The notes under the pieces: generated by a model
Told to the model about the DNA's origin: nothing
Database searches by the model: none
Seen by the model: the letters and a program-made list of their open reading frames with translations, nothing else
Shown: positions 8,319 to 18,221 of the stretch, in pieces
How the letters are laid out: each line of letters opens with the position of its first letter
Position numbering within the stretch: the stretch's first letter is position 1
Origin: a virus
Lineage: Duplodnaviria; Caudoviricetes
Length of the DNA: 50,623 bases
Strand: one strand, 5' to 3'
IMG/VR virus record: IMGVR_UViG_3300027863_000904
Span: 1 to 50,623 of that record
Position numbers and translations under genes: made by a program

Positions 8319-8534
8319 ATGAAGGGTTTGGTTGATAGGTTTTGGTTGTGGGAACGTTTCCTCTTTCCTGCTTTGGTTATATTGGTGGCAGTTGTACTCA
8401 CGGGTTTGGCGTTGTTTTCAGCAAGGATTGATGATCGATATGTTTCCTCAGTTGTTGCTATAAGTTTTGGTTTCATTGTCGGCGTAGTTTTTGCGACGTA
8501 TATAAAGGAACATTTGCGGCCAAAAGGTGAATGA
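8319..8534 (+). CDS. small two-TM membrane protein
   Basis: Two hydrophobic segments; AGGAG RBS. Confidence 0.7.
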   Translation: MKGLVDRFWLWERFLFPALVILVAVVLTGLALFSARIDDRYVSSVVAISFGFIVGVVFATYIKEHLRPKGE

Positions 8535-8572
8535 TATGAGTTTTAGAGCAGAATTTTAGGGAAACATAATTA

Positions 8573-8601
8573 TTGACGAAAGAAATATAACGTGGTATAA
8601 T
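8573..8601 (+). promoter_or_regulatory. sigma70-type promoter for the packaging/structural operon
   Basis: TTGACG-17 bp-TATAAT with an extended TG. Confidence 0.7.
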
Positions 8602-8644
8602 AAATGCGGCTGAAGCCGAAGATATTTCATGAGGTGGTAAGTGA

Positions 8645-9136
8645 ATGGCTGAAGCGAAGAGGTTCAAAGAAGATTATATCAGGCCGCTTTTGGATGGTGT
8701 TCGTCTTGGGTTGCCGATTGATCTTGCGTGCAAGAGGGCTGGTATTAGTCTAGATACTTACAACAAATGGATTAAGTTGGGTAGCAGGGGAGTGGAGCCT
8801 TATAAAACTCTCTTGCTGAGGGTAGATATGGCAGAGGCTGAAAGTGCTTATACTGCTTTGAGTAGGGTGATTGATGCTTCTTCGCGTGGTCAGTGGCAGT
8901 CAAGCGCTTGGCTTTTGGAGAGGCGCTATCCTGAGCACTTTAGTTTGAAGAACAGGACTGAAATTATTGGGAGTCAAGATGCTCCTATCAAAATTGTGTT
9001 TGAGGTAGCGGATGAAAAGTCGTTGAAAAACAAGGAGCAGAAGGAAGAAGATAATGCGTCGGAAGAGGAGCTCGAAGACGGAATTCCAGAGTCAGAGTTC
9101 TTTGAGTCCGAAGATACTGAGGATACGTCTGACTAA
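8645..9136 (+). CDS. terS: terminase small subunit
   Basis: HTH-like ACKRAGISLDTYNKW, WQSSAWLLERRYP motif, position before TerL. Confidence 0.8.
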   Translation: MAEAKRFKEDYIRPLLDGVRLGLPIDLACKRAGISLDTYNKWIKLGSRGVEPYKTLLLRVDMAEAESAYTALSRVIDASSRGQWQSSAWLLERRYPEHFSLKNRTEIIGSQDAPIKIVFEVADEKSLKNKEQKEEDNASEEELEDGIPESEFFESEDTEDTSD

Positions 9137-10304
9137 ACATCAACATGAATTCCTGACAAGTGAACAGCCGACGGTAATATTGCAAGGTGGAGCTGGGTCT
9201 GGGAAGACTTATGCTGGTGTGCTCAAAGCCTTGATTAATGCTTCAAATATGCCTGAATCTCGTGGTATGTTTGTTGCTCCTTCTTATTCCCAGCTTCAAC
9301 AGGCGGCTATGCCGCATTTGTTGGACTTGTTACAGAAGCTTGATTTGCCGGTTTATTGGCAGAAGGCAAAGAACTTGTTAGAGTTTAGTAATAAATCACA
9401 GTTGTGGCTTCGATCTGCTGATAATCCCGCTACTCTGCTTGGAGCTGACTTGGCATGGGCCGTGGGAGATGAAGTGGCGTTATGGCAGAAAGAAGCATAT
9501 GACTATTTGATGGGCCGAATTAGGCAACCTAACTTCAAACACCAAGTTGCGTTTACTTTCACGCCTAAAGGTCACAATTGGGCGTTTGAGATGTTAGGGA
9601 TTGATAGGCCAGGGCACCACATCATTCGGTGTAGTACGCTTGATAACGTATTTCTTGATGCTGACTATTATGAGAGACTTCGGGAGGAATATGGGGAGGA
9701 CAGCTTGCTGTGGCGGCAAGAGGTTCTAGGTGAGTTTGTAACGTGGAAAGGTTTGGTGTACAACAACTTTAATGATCAAGTACATGTACGTTCTGTTCCG
9801 TCTAACTTGTCAATTGTTGGGGCTGTAGGAGGGGTTGACTGGGGTTGGACTAATCCAGGCGTGTTGCTAGTAGTGTTGCAGGATACGGATGATGTGTTGT
9901 GGGTGGTTGAGGAAGTCTATGAATATGAAAAGTCACTTGAGTGGTGGATAGACAAGGCACTTGAGATGACAAGGAAGCATGGTGTGAAGTGCTGGTTTGC
10001 TGATCCTTCAGAGCCGGGTAACATTGCTGAGATGCAAGTTAATGGAGTAAATTGTGCTAGAGCAAATAATGCCGTTATTCCTGGAATTTCTGCGGTATCC
10101 TCTAGGTTGTCTAGTGGCCGGTTGTTTATCTCCCCTACTTGTACTAATCTTATTTCTGAGATGCATACATATTCATGGAAAGAGGATAGAAGTGGTGGAA
10201 TTAAGGGTGATGAGCCTTTGAAGGTTCATGATCATGCTGTTGATGCCTTGAGGTATGCGGTGACTGGTTCTATTAGTCAGACAAGACTTGCTATCTGGAT
10301 TTAG
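9054..10304 (+). CDS. terL: terminase large subunit
   Basis: Walker A GGAGSGKT, Walker B AVGDE, nuclease GVDWGWTNP and DHAVDALRY. Confidence 0.95.
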   Translation: MRRKRSSKTEFQSQSSLSPKILRIRLTKHQHEFLTSEQPTVILQGGAGSGKTYAGVLKALINASNMPESRGMFVAPSYSQLQQAAMPHLLDLLQKLDLPVYWQKAKNLLEFSNKSQLWLRSADNPATLLGADLAWAVGDEVALWQKEAYDYLMGRIRQPNFKHQVAFTFTPKGHNWAFEMLGIDRPGHHIIRCSTLDNVFLDADYYERLREEYGEDSLLWRQEVLGEFVTWKGLVYNNFNDQVHVRSVPSNLSIVGAVGGVDWGWTNPGVLLVVLQDTDDVLWVVEEVYEYEKSLEWWIDKALEMTRKHGVKCWFADPSEPGNIAEMQVNGVNCARANNAVIPGISAVSSRLSSGRLFISPTCTNLISEMHTYSWKEDRSGGIKGDEPLKVHDHAVDALRYAVTGSISQTRLAIWI

Positions 10305-10312
10305 GAGGTGGC

Positions 10313-12496
10313 GTGGTGGCATTTAAAGATTGGTTGAAAAGGTTCTTTACCAGAGCTGCCTCGTCTGATGGAGGAACTATTGCTGCCGCGTCATTATTTG
10401 GGCCGACGACGGGGTTTCCATTTTCATCTGTTGATCCGAATGATGCGAGTGCCTATGGTGTAAACGCATGGGTTCATGCTTGTATTAATGCGATTGCTGG
10501 TGCTGTGTCGCAGGGGCGGCTTGTTGTGGAGGAGCAAAGCAAAGGTGAGTGGCATACAATTGGTGATCATGAACTTGTTCGGTTGTTAGAGCGTGTCAAT
10601 AGTAACACTGATCAGTGTTCTTTGCTAGAGCAGACGGCTGCATGGTTGGCGCTGACTGGAAATTCCTATTGGCAGTTGTTGTCAGCGTCAAAACGTTCTA
10701 AGCCTTCATCAATTGCTGTGTTGCCGGCTTATGCGGTGTCTCCTGTTAGAAGTAAAGGCATTGTCTCATATGAGATTTTGTCAACGTCTGGAAAAGTTAC
10801 GCTTGATGCGAATGAAATTATTCATTTTCGTAGGTTTTCACCGTTTGGTGGGGATCAAGGAATGTCTCCAATTCGCGTGTTGGAGACAATTATCAATACT
10901 GATACGGCGGCGTTGCGGTTCAACTATGCATTTTTACGAGGTGGCGGGGTGCCTGCTGTTCTGTTAACTACAGAGCAGGTTCTGAGTGATGAGGAAGCAC
11001 ATCGAGTTCAAGAGATGTGGGAAAGGTGGGCTCATAGCAGCCGGCATACTCAGCGGCCCATAGTGCTTGGAAAAGGTGTAACAGCGCAATTGACGGGTGC
11101 AAGTCCTGATAGTACTTTCATTGTTGACTTGCCGAAACAATTGCGTGAAGCGATTTGTGCAGTATTTCAGGTACCTCCAGCTATTGTTGGCATTTATGAA
11201 TATGCTAACTATGCTAATACGAGAGAGCAGATTAGGTTGTTCTATGCCGGAACTGTTTCTCGTTATTGGCGAATTATTGAAGCCGGAATTAATGAACAGT
11301 TGGCTCCTCTTTGGGGCGATAACATTCGTGTTCGCGTTGATACTTCTCATATTGACGCATTGCAGCCTGATTGGGTGCAAATGGCACAGGTGGGGTCAGC
11401 GTTGACCGGCGGTGTGCCTATTATGACTGTAAATGAGGTCCGAGAGAAACTTCTCGGATTGGAACCGTTGCCTGATGAATGGGGTGAGACGTGGTGGGGA
11501 AGCGCCATGCAGGTTCCATTGGCCTCTGGGACGGGAGAATCATTGCCATCTTCTCAACAAGCGCCTCAAGTTCCGTCCCAATCTCCTAACCTTCAACCCC
11601 AGCAAGATAAGAAAACGTCTTCAGAAGCGGATCAGCAAGCACAGAGAGATTATACAATTAGAGTAGTGCGTGTTGGTGCTGTTCCTCCTCATCGCGCTAA
11701 TGCTTGGAGGAAGGCGGCGCTTCAGAGGCGTGAAAGATATGAGGCTGCGCTGCGCAGTCCTGTAGAAGAGTGGTATGATGAATTGGGTCAGAGGATGGTT
11801 GAGAAGTTGGATCAGGTGGTGCAGCGCGGCCTCTTTACAAGAGTGACGGTTCCTTCTCCTGAAGTGATACTGTTTGACGTTGATGAAGCAGCGGAATTAT
11901 TGGAGGAAAAGCTGGGGCCTGCATTTATTGATGTGCTAGAAGACGCAGGAAACACAACGTTGAGGGAAATCGGTGGCGGTGGCATTGGAATTAGTTTCGA
12001 TTTAATGAGGCCTGGTGTTAAGGACATTCTGTTGGCACGTACAGTTCATATGAAGACAATTGCTGAAAATGCTCAACAAGCGTGCAGAGAAAGCTTGCTT
12101 GAAGGGCTTGCAAATGGAGAAACAGTAGAGCAACTCACGGATAGGGTACGAGAGTGGGCACTTGAGGGCAAAGAGAAGCATGCAGAAACCGTTGCCAGGA
12201 CAGAGGCGGGTTCTGCTATGAATGGAGCTACTTTTGAAGCTTTTGACATGGCAGGCGCTTCAGCAAAGCAATGGCTTACTTGTGGTGATGACAGAGTACG
12301 TGATACTCATGCTGAAATGGAAGGCGTTGTTGTAGGCATAGATGAAGAGTTTGTGTTGCCGTCTGGAGATACTTGTATGTATCCTGGTGATGACAGTTTA
12401 CCTCCTGAGGAAGTTTGTAACTGCAGATGCACCCTGCTTCCGGTATTTGAAGGAGAAACTTCTGATGAACTTTCGCTAGGACAAGAGGAGGAATGA
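10313..12496 (+). CDS. HK97-like portal fused to a MuF (SPP1 gp7-like) minor head domain
   Basis: Portal motifs (LTGNSY, EIIHFR, GMSPI, FQVPPAIVG, MTVNEVRE) plus MuF motifs (ARTE, KQWLT..DDRVRDTH, NCRC). Confidence 0.9.
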   Translation: MVAFKDWLKRFFTRAASSDGGTIAAASLFGPTTGFPFSSVDPNDASAYGVNAWVHACINAIAGAVSQGRLVVEEQSKGEWHTIGDHELVRLLERVNSNTDQCSLLEQTAAWLALTGNSYWQLLSASKRSKPSSIAVLPAYAVSPVRSKGIVSYEILSTSGKVTLDANEIIHFRRFSPFGGDQGMSPIRVLETIINTDTAALRFNYAFLRGGGVPAVLLTTEQVLSDEEAHRVQEMWERWAHSSRHTQRPIVLGKGVTAQLTGASPDSTFIVDLPKQLREAICAVFQVPPAIVGIYEYANYANTREQIRLFYAGTVSRYWRIIEAGINEQLAPLWGDNIRVRVDTSHIDALQPDWVQMAQVGSALTGGVPIMTVNEVREKLLGLEPLPDEWGETWWGSAMQVPLASGTGESLPSSQQAPQVPSQSPNLQPQQDKKTSSEADQQAQRDYTIRVVRVGAVPPHRANAWRKAALQRRERYEAALRSPVEEWYDELGQRMVEKLDQVVQRGLFTRVTVPSPEVILFDVDEAAELLEEKLGPAFIDVLEDAGNTTLREIGGGGIGISFDLMRPGVKDILLARTVHMKTIAENAQQACRESLLEGLANGETVEQLTDRVREWALEGKEKHAETVARTEAGSAMNGATFEAFDMAGASAKQWLTCGDDRVRDTHAEMEGVVVGIDEEFVLPSGDTCMYPGDDSLPPEEVCNCRCTLLPVFEGETSDELSLGQEEE

Positions 12497-12500
12497 CAAC

Positions 12501-13697
12501 ATGGGTGAGGTAGCTAGTTTGGTTAATAACATTCGTATGGGTGAGTTTGATTCTGTAACTGTTGTCAACAATAATGAAGGTCGGCGAACGGTTAGAATTG
12601 CAGGATATGCAAGCAAACCGGTAGTCGGCTTGGATAAAGCTATTGTTGAGCCCGGCTTCTTTGCCAATAGTTTACAAGATTTTATGAATAATCCAGTTAT
12701 GTATTGGCTCCATGAAAGCACTTATCCTCAAGGCCGGTGGTTGAGAGTGGAGGATCGTCAGGATGGGTTGTGGGTTGAAGGTGAATTGTATGACTTGGGT
12801 GGACCAGAGGATGAGTGGCACTTGAATTTGGTGGAGACAGGCGTTGTAAAGAGTCTTAGTGTTGGCTTCCAAGGATATTATACAGGGGAATATGGATATG
12901 AGGATGAAAATGGGATTTGGCATTGGGCAAAGAATGGAAGGCTGCTTGAGATTAGTGTCGTTCCAGTACCAGCTTGCCCCGGTGCTGAGATTGAGATTGC
13001 GCATGCACGAGGTTACAAACTTGAAAGGCGGGCAAAAGGTATGATTGAGCGTGGTGTCGTGCCTTATCAGGATTTGCCTCCGTGTAGTGATCCAGAGCGT
13101 TCTTGGAGTGCGGATGAGGCAATTAGCAGGGTTCGAAAGTGGGCTGGTGGTCCGGATCCAGACACAATTGACTGGGGCAAATATCGGAAGGCGTTTCTAT
13201 GGTATGATAGTGAAAATCCAGAATTGTTTGGCAGTTATAAGTTTCCTATTGCTGATGTAGAGGATGGGCGTCTTGTTGTAGTATATAAGGCTTGTGTGGC
13301 AGCGCTTGTTAGGTTGTCTGTTGCTAATATTCCAGATGATGACAAAGCACAAATTCGTAATCAGCTGAGGAAGTACTATAAGAAGTTTGACAAACCTTTC
13401 CCAGAAAATCAGGAGCAGGCTCATGCTGTCGCGGAAGAAATCAGGACGCTGGACAATATCGCGAGACTTGAGGATGCAGCATATAGTATCGCGAATATTG
13501 TTCGGCACTGGCAACGTGAAGGCGGAGCACCATCGGCTGAAGTTGTCAATGCTGCAGTGAGGCCTATCACTGTTTTGACTGATATCATCCGCGCCGGCCA
13601 AGGGTTGCCTGAAGACAAGCGCCAAGAGCTGCGTAATGTGGTGGAGGCGCTACAAGAGGTAGTCAGTGAAGACAATATCGTGAAACTAATTCTTTGA
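12501..13697 (+). CDS. prohead protease with C-terminal extension
   Basis: IAGYAS, WLH, GLWVEG, LSVGF, LLEISVVPVPA (HK97 protease motifs). Confidence 0.9.
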   Translation: MGEVASLVNNIRMGEFDSVTVVNNNEGRRTVRIAGYASKPVVGLDKAIVEPGFFANSLQDFMNNPVMYWLHESTYPQGRWLRVEDRQDGLWVEGELYDLGGPEDEWHLNLVETGVVKSLSVGFQGYYTGEYGYEDENGIWHWAKNGRLLEISVVPVPACPGAEIEIAHARGYKLERRAKGMIERGVVPYQDLPPCSDPERSWSADEAISRVRKWAGGPDPDTIDWGKYRKAFLWYDSENPELFGSYKFPIADVEDGRLVVVYKACVAALVRLSVANIPDDDKAQIRNQLRKYYKKFDKPFPENQEQAHAVAEEIRTLDNIARLEDAAYSIANIVRHWQREGGAPSAEVVNAAVRPITVLTDIIRAGQGLPEDKRQELRNVVEALQEVVSEDNIVKLIL

Positions 13698-13708
13698 GGT
13701 GAAGACTT

Positions 13709-15121
13709 ATGGAGCTAAAACTTTCTGATTTGCAGCAAATGATTGCTAATGTTGTCGCTGAGCAGATGAAGTCTGCTGAGCATGAGCGAAAAATGGCAGA
13801 GGATCGTGGTGAAGCTGATGATCCGCTTGTTGAAGAGCGCATTGAGCGCATGGTAAATGAGCGAACTGAGAAGGCTGTTGCAGAAGCTACTGCAAAGGTT
13901 CGTGAAGAAATGGAACGGCGAATGGCAGAGGCACGTGCTATTGATACTGATGCCATTCCAGATGCCACAAGCTTGCTTGTGACACGTGGAGCAGATATTG
14001 TCCGCAAGCCGGTTGAGGAGTGTAATGAAATCGAACGTGAGGCACAGAAGTTGCATGATGTGCTTTATACGATTTCAAAAGTTGCTGCTAGACCGGAATC
14101 GGTAATGCGGAACTACTTGTTGTCTAAGCGTTCTGATGCTGATATTGTTACGCGCGCCTTGGATACATATACGTCCGGGGCAGGTGCTGAATGGGTAAAT
14201 GCCGCTTATAGCAATCAGTTCGTTGAGGCTATTTTGAAGGGCGGCGTTCTTGCTCCTCTGTTTCCTCGGTTCCAGATGACTGCTCATACCGTCTATGTTC
14301 CGACCGTTGGCGGCCGTATGGCGGCATATCTTACGAGTGGCGCTGAGAATCAAGCCGTGACTGAAGATACGGCCCTTACTAGCGGCCGTGTGACGTTTAC
14401 GGCTAAAGAACTGAATATCTATAAGGCCTATAGTGACGCCCTTGATGAGGATAGCGTTGCTAGCATTGGCCCTCTCCTTGTTGCTCAGATGCAGGCAAGC
14501 ATTTCTGAGTGGCTCGACATGGCTATTGATTCTGGTGACACTAGCACGACGCATATGGATAGCGACGTGACGGCTAGCACTGATCCGCGTAAGGCCTGGA
14601 TTGGTCTGCGCAAGAAAGCCTTGACTGATAATGGGGCGAATGTGTCCCTAGGTACCTTCAACTTTGACACGTTGGTGACTATTCCGGCCAACATGGGCGT
14701 TTATAGCAACAACCCGAAAGATCTTGTGTGGATTGTTCCTACTAAGATTTATTGGTCTAAGTTGTTTACGCTCAAAGATGCGAACAACAATCCAGTTTGG
14801 CTTCCTGCCAATGGAATTGCTGGTCCAAACCCGATTATTAGCGGTCAGGTAGCATGGTTGGCCGGTATTCCCGTTGTAACAAGCGGGGTTGTTCGCACCA
14901 ACTTGAACGCTACTGGTGTATATGATGGTAGCACTACGTCAAAGTCAGTCTTGTATTGTGTATATACTGACGGCTTCTGGCTTGGTGATAGGCATTTGGT
15001 TACTGTTGAGACGCAACGGCAAGCGAAGTCTCGCAGCACTGACGTTGTGTTGACTTGGCGCGGAGATTTCCACTGCGTCCGCGGTACTGAGGTAGTTGTT
15101 GGAATGGGCTATAACCTGTAA
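13709..15121 (+). CDS. major capsid protein (HK97 fold, N-terminal coiled-coil scaffold domain)
   Basis: Position, size, charged helical N-terminus, SDALDEDS and LAGIPVV patterns. Confidence 0.9.
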   Translation: MELKLSDLQQMIANVVAEQMKSAEHERKMAEDRGEADDPLVEERIERMVNERTEKAVAEATAKVREEMERRMAEARAIDTDAIPDATSLLVTRGADIVRKPVEECNEIEREAQKLHDVLYTISKVAARPESVMRNYLLSKRSDADIVTRALDTYTSGAGAEWVNAAYSNQFVEAILKGGVLAPLFPRFQMTAHTVYVPTVGGRMAAYLTSGAENQAVTEDTALTSGRVTFTAKELNIYKAYSDALDEDSVASIGPLLVAQMQASISEWLDMAIDSGDTSTTHMDSDVTASTDPRKAWIGLRKKALTDNGANVSLGTFNFDTLVTIPANMGVYSNNPKDLVWIVPTKIYWSKLFTLKDANNNPVWLPANGIAGPNPIISGQVAWLAGIPVVTSGVVRTNLNATGVYDGSTTSKSVLYCVYTDGFWLGDRHLVTVETQRQAKSRSTDVVLTWRGDFHCVRGTEVVVGMGYNL

Positions 15122-15261
15122 TACGCTTTAGCGTATCAGGTTACACGGGCTTAGCCCGTGCACCCCCAGCGTTTGGAACCTGCGTGACAAGGCAGGACCA
15201 GCGCTAAAGTCCGAGGAAAAGGCGGGAGGAGGCCGGCACACCTCCTCCCGCCGGGGCACAA

Positions 15262-15543
15262 GTGATTACTATGGTATCTGTGCGAAGTAAGTGGGATAGG
15301 ATATATAGAGGCTGGGATGAGGGGCTTAATGAGGTAATAGCAATTTATCCTGGCCAAGTTTCACATATTAGTGAGGCTAAATGGAAACAATTGAAGTCTG
15401 AATTTCCTAATCGAGATGATATTTTTGAACTTATCCAGGTTGATTTTGAAGACAAGGAACAGCCTCCTGGTTTTGTGGTACGTGAAGATGAGATGAGTGC
15501 TGGTAAAAACACTCGTCCAGTTAGAGCAAATGTGAAAAGATAG
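15262..15543 (+). CDS. hypothetical protein
   Basis: ORF between capsid and glycosyltransferase; start may be ATG 15271. Confidence 0.6.
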   Translation: MITMVSVRSKWDRIYRGWDEGLNEVIAIYPGQVSHISEAKWKQLKSEFPNRDDIFELIQVDFEDKEQPPGFVVREDEMSAGKNTRPVRANVKR

Positions 15544-15548
15544 CTGGA

Positions 15549-17327
15549 GTGATACCAGTGCGAAAATGTTTTGTAGTTGGAGCCGGCCTTGGAGATACAC
15601 TTGTTTCATTGCCGGCTGTTACTGTAGCAACTCTTCGCGGAGATAAGGCAAGTCTATTGGCGAAACGAATTGATGTACAAGAGTTGACGTCAGTAGCTTT
15701 GGAACTTCCGTTAGAGGATGTACTGCATATAGAAGATTTTGGCCCCAAAGATGCTGATGAGGTTGTTGACAGATGGGGACAAATTGAGTGGAATTCAGGA
15801 TTAGGGCCCGTGCTTCCAGCACGTGTTGCCCGTATTTATGGTGAGGTTTTGAGTGGGTATGCGTTGCGAACAGCACTTTTGAAATATCCAGACAAAGATT
15901 TTAAGCGTCGAGGTCTTGATCCTAAAAGATATGTTGTATTTTCTCCATGGTCGCGAGTTGAGAGTTCAGGAAGATGTTTGACATATGAAGAAGTAGAGCA
16001 AGTAGTCAATGCAATCAACAGTGAGGGTTTCACGTGTGTAGTTGTAGACACTAAGCCTAGGGTTGTACCTGGACATGTTGTGAATTTGACTGGTGAGACA
16101 TCATTGTCTGACTTGTGTTCTCTCATTACTAGAGCAGCTGCTGTAGTATCTGTTGATACAGGAACGCTTCATTTGGCTGCTGCTTATCATATTCCTACTC
16201 TAGTTATCTTTCGCTACAGTATAAGCCCTAATGCGCTAAGTCGTGTTTATTGGCCTATTGTGTGGTATGAAAAGCCAGAGAAGGGTATTGGAAACAAATT
16301 TTTCAATGTTCTTCACAAATTGCTTATAGCGTCACAACTGGATGCGAAGCAAATTCTGGTTGTGGTTCCGGACAAACTTGTTAATGGGGTTACAGATGAG
16401 GGTCACAAGATTGCCAGGGCGGCTGGATGGGATATAGCTACATTGTCTGAATTGCACCCTGAGAGGCTTAGTAATGCCGCTTGTTTATGGTGTGAGTACA
16501 GTCCTGAAGATTATGCAGAATGGCGTGGGATGCTCCATGTGATTGATACTGTTCCTCACATTTGGAGCATGCACATGGTAAATGGTGCATGGGACTTGCT
16601 AACTAATGATAATAAAGGCCTGGTTGTTCTAAGAGGCGCTGCTGGATTGGAAAGTGCAAGTAGTAATGACCAAAAGGCTATTTTGAGTCGAAACAGACAC
16701 ACTATTCCATTTCAAGCTTATGATGCTAATGGAAAGTTGTCTTCAGATGGTGAAAAATTGGTAGTGGGGTGGTACGGTACTGCCTCTGTACATAGGCAAA
16801 TTTCTTTGCTTTATGATGCATGTTGTAAAAGCGGTATTGTGGATAAAATGGTAGTGGTTGGTGTTGTGAACGGATCTACAGACTCATTTTACGTAATGAA
16901 AGACATGAAGTCTCTAAAAGGTAGCATACCTTTGGAGGTATATTCAAAGGAGACACGTGACATAGATGGTGCAATCAGTGTTTTTGCTGAACACGGTGTC
17001 AATTGTATTGTGCGTTGCGACGCTAATAGTAGCATGTACTACCCTGATTACTCAGCGATTGAACTCCTTGGAACACGTCTTCCTCTTATTGTAAATGACG
17101 CTTGTGGCGCATATCGAGATATAATTCCGTTCTGCGTTTCTTTTGATGGCAGTGTTGATGGTTTGATAAACGCATTTCACTTTGTGCTTGAGAACAAAGA
17201 GTTGGCTGGTTATCGTGCGGCTGTGGGTGCGGCTATGTGTGACCCACAACGTGTAGCGCGAGAGGCATTTGCAGCAGCACAGGAGGCCGTATTAGCGTCT
17301 CTTTTCATGGAGGCTGATACGAAGTGA
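15549..17327 (+). CDS. glycosyltransferase: GT9 (heptosyltransferase-like) domain plus a second degenerate GT-B-like domain
   Basis: GLGDTLVSLPAV, VNLTGETSLSDL, VVSVDTGTLHLAAAYHIPTLVIF. Confidence 0.85.
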   Translation: MIPVRKCFVVGAGLGDTLVSLPAVTVATLRGDKASLLAKRIDVQELTSVALELPLEDVLHIEDFGPKDADEVVDRWGQIEWNSGLGPVLPARVARIYGEVLSGYALRTALLKYPDKDFKRRGLDPKRYVVFSPWSRVESSGRCLTYEEVEQVVNAINSEGFTCVVVDTKPRVVPGHVVNLTGETSLSDLCSLITRAAAVVSVDTGTLHLAAAYHIPTLVIFRYSISPNALSRVYWPIVWYEKPEKGIGNKFFNVLHKLLIASQLDAKQILVVVPDKLVNGVTDEGHKIARAAGWDIATLSELHPERLSNAACLWCEYSPEDYAEWRGMLHVIDTVPHIWSMHMVNGAWDLLTNDNKGLVVLRGAAGLESASSNDQKAILSRNRHTIPFQAYDANGKLSSDGEKLVVGWYGTASVHRQISLLYDACCKSGIVDKMVVVGVVNGSTDSFYVMKDMKSLKGSIPLEVYSKETRDIDGAISVFAEHGVNCIVRCDANSSMYYPDYSAIELLGTRLPLIVNDACGAYRDIIPFCVSFDGSVDGLINAFHFVLENKELAGYRAAVGAAMCDPQRVAREAFAAAQEAVLASLFMEADTK

Positions 17328-17896
17328 GTTTGATTTCTGTGTCAGATGTGATGCGTTGGGTGCCACAAGCTACAGAGCGTGAAGAACTTGTAGCAGAAGT
17401 AATCGGAATGGCACAAGCTCGTGCTGAAGCTTACTGCAAGAGGAAGTTGGAATTGTCACAGTATACGGATTATATTGATGTTACATCAGATGAAGATTGG
17501 CTTCTTCTCAGTAATTATCCAGTTGTTGTTTCCAATGATAAGCCTGTTGTTGTGACGCTAGATCCTGACGGAAGTAAACAAGTGCTTGGTAGTAATGCAT
17601 ATGATATTGATACATTGGGCGGGATGATTATTCGGGTTGATGGTTATAACTGGCCAGTAGGACAGAGGGCCGTCAAAGTAGAATATTATGCAGGTTATAC
17701 CTCTGATACTTGTCCTGTTGACATCAAACAAGCTTTGTTACAAATAGCAAGTTGGATACTTGAAAGTAGAGGCGTTGTTGGCGTTTCTGATCAATCAGTA
17801 GGCGGTATTACTACGCGTTATGAGCCAGTTGTAAATGGTCTTCCTGTGTCAGTTGGTTCGCTTTTGGATCCGTATCGGGCGGTGACAATTAGATGA
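17324..17896 (+). CDS. head-tail connector (gp6-like)
   Basis: AEAYCKR, VKVEYYAGY, PVDIKQALL, LLDPYR. Confidence 0.85.
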   Translation: MSLISVSDVMRWVPQATEREELVAEVIGMAQARAEAYCKRKLELSQYTDYIDVTSDEDWLLLSNYPVVVSNDKPVVVTLDPDGSKQVLGSNAYDIDTLGGMIIRVDGYNWPVGQRAVKVEYYAGYTSDTCPVDIKQALLQIASWILESRGVVGVSDQSVGGITTRYEPVVNGLPVSVGSLLDPYRAVTIR

Positions 17897-18219
17897 GTTT
17901 TGAGAGATATTTCAGCGTGCTTTCTGTTTTGGAACGTGAGGCTGAAACGGATACTTGGAGTCATTGCGGAAGTGTATTCGGTTTCATAATTCCGGCTACG
18001 GTAAGTTCTGGTAGAGCTACTGAGGCGTTGCTTGATCCAAATGTAACCCATCATTTGATTTTTGCGACACGTAAGAAAGGGCGTGAACTTATCAAGGCTG
18101 GCAGGCGCGTAAAGACAAATGAGGGTGCAGAATATGAAGTCATGACAGTACGAGATTTTCAGCCGTTGCAGAGAGAACATGCTATTGCGTATCTTGCTGA
18201 GGTGGCTCCAGAGGTGTAG
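17893..18219 (+). CDS. putative head closure protein
   Basis: Gene order and size. Confidence 0.6.
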   Translation: MSFERYFSVLSVLEREAETDTWSHCGSVFGFIIPATVSSGRATEALLDPNVTHHLIFATRKKGRELIKAGRRVKTNEGAEYEVMTVRDFQPLQREHAIAYLAEVAPEV

Positions 18220-18221
18220 CA

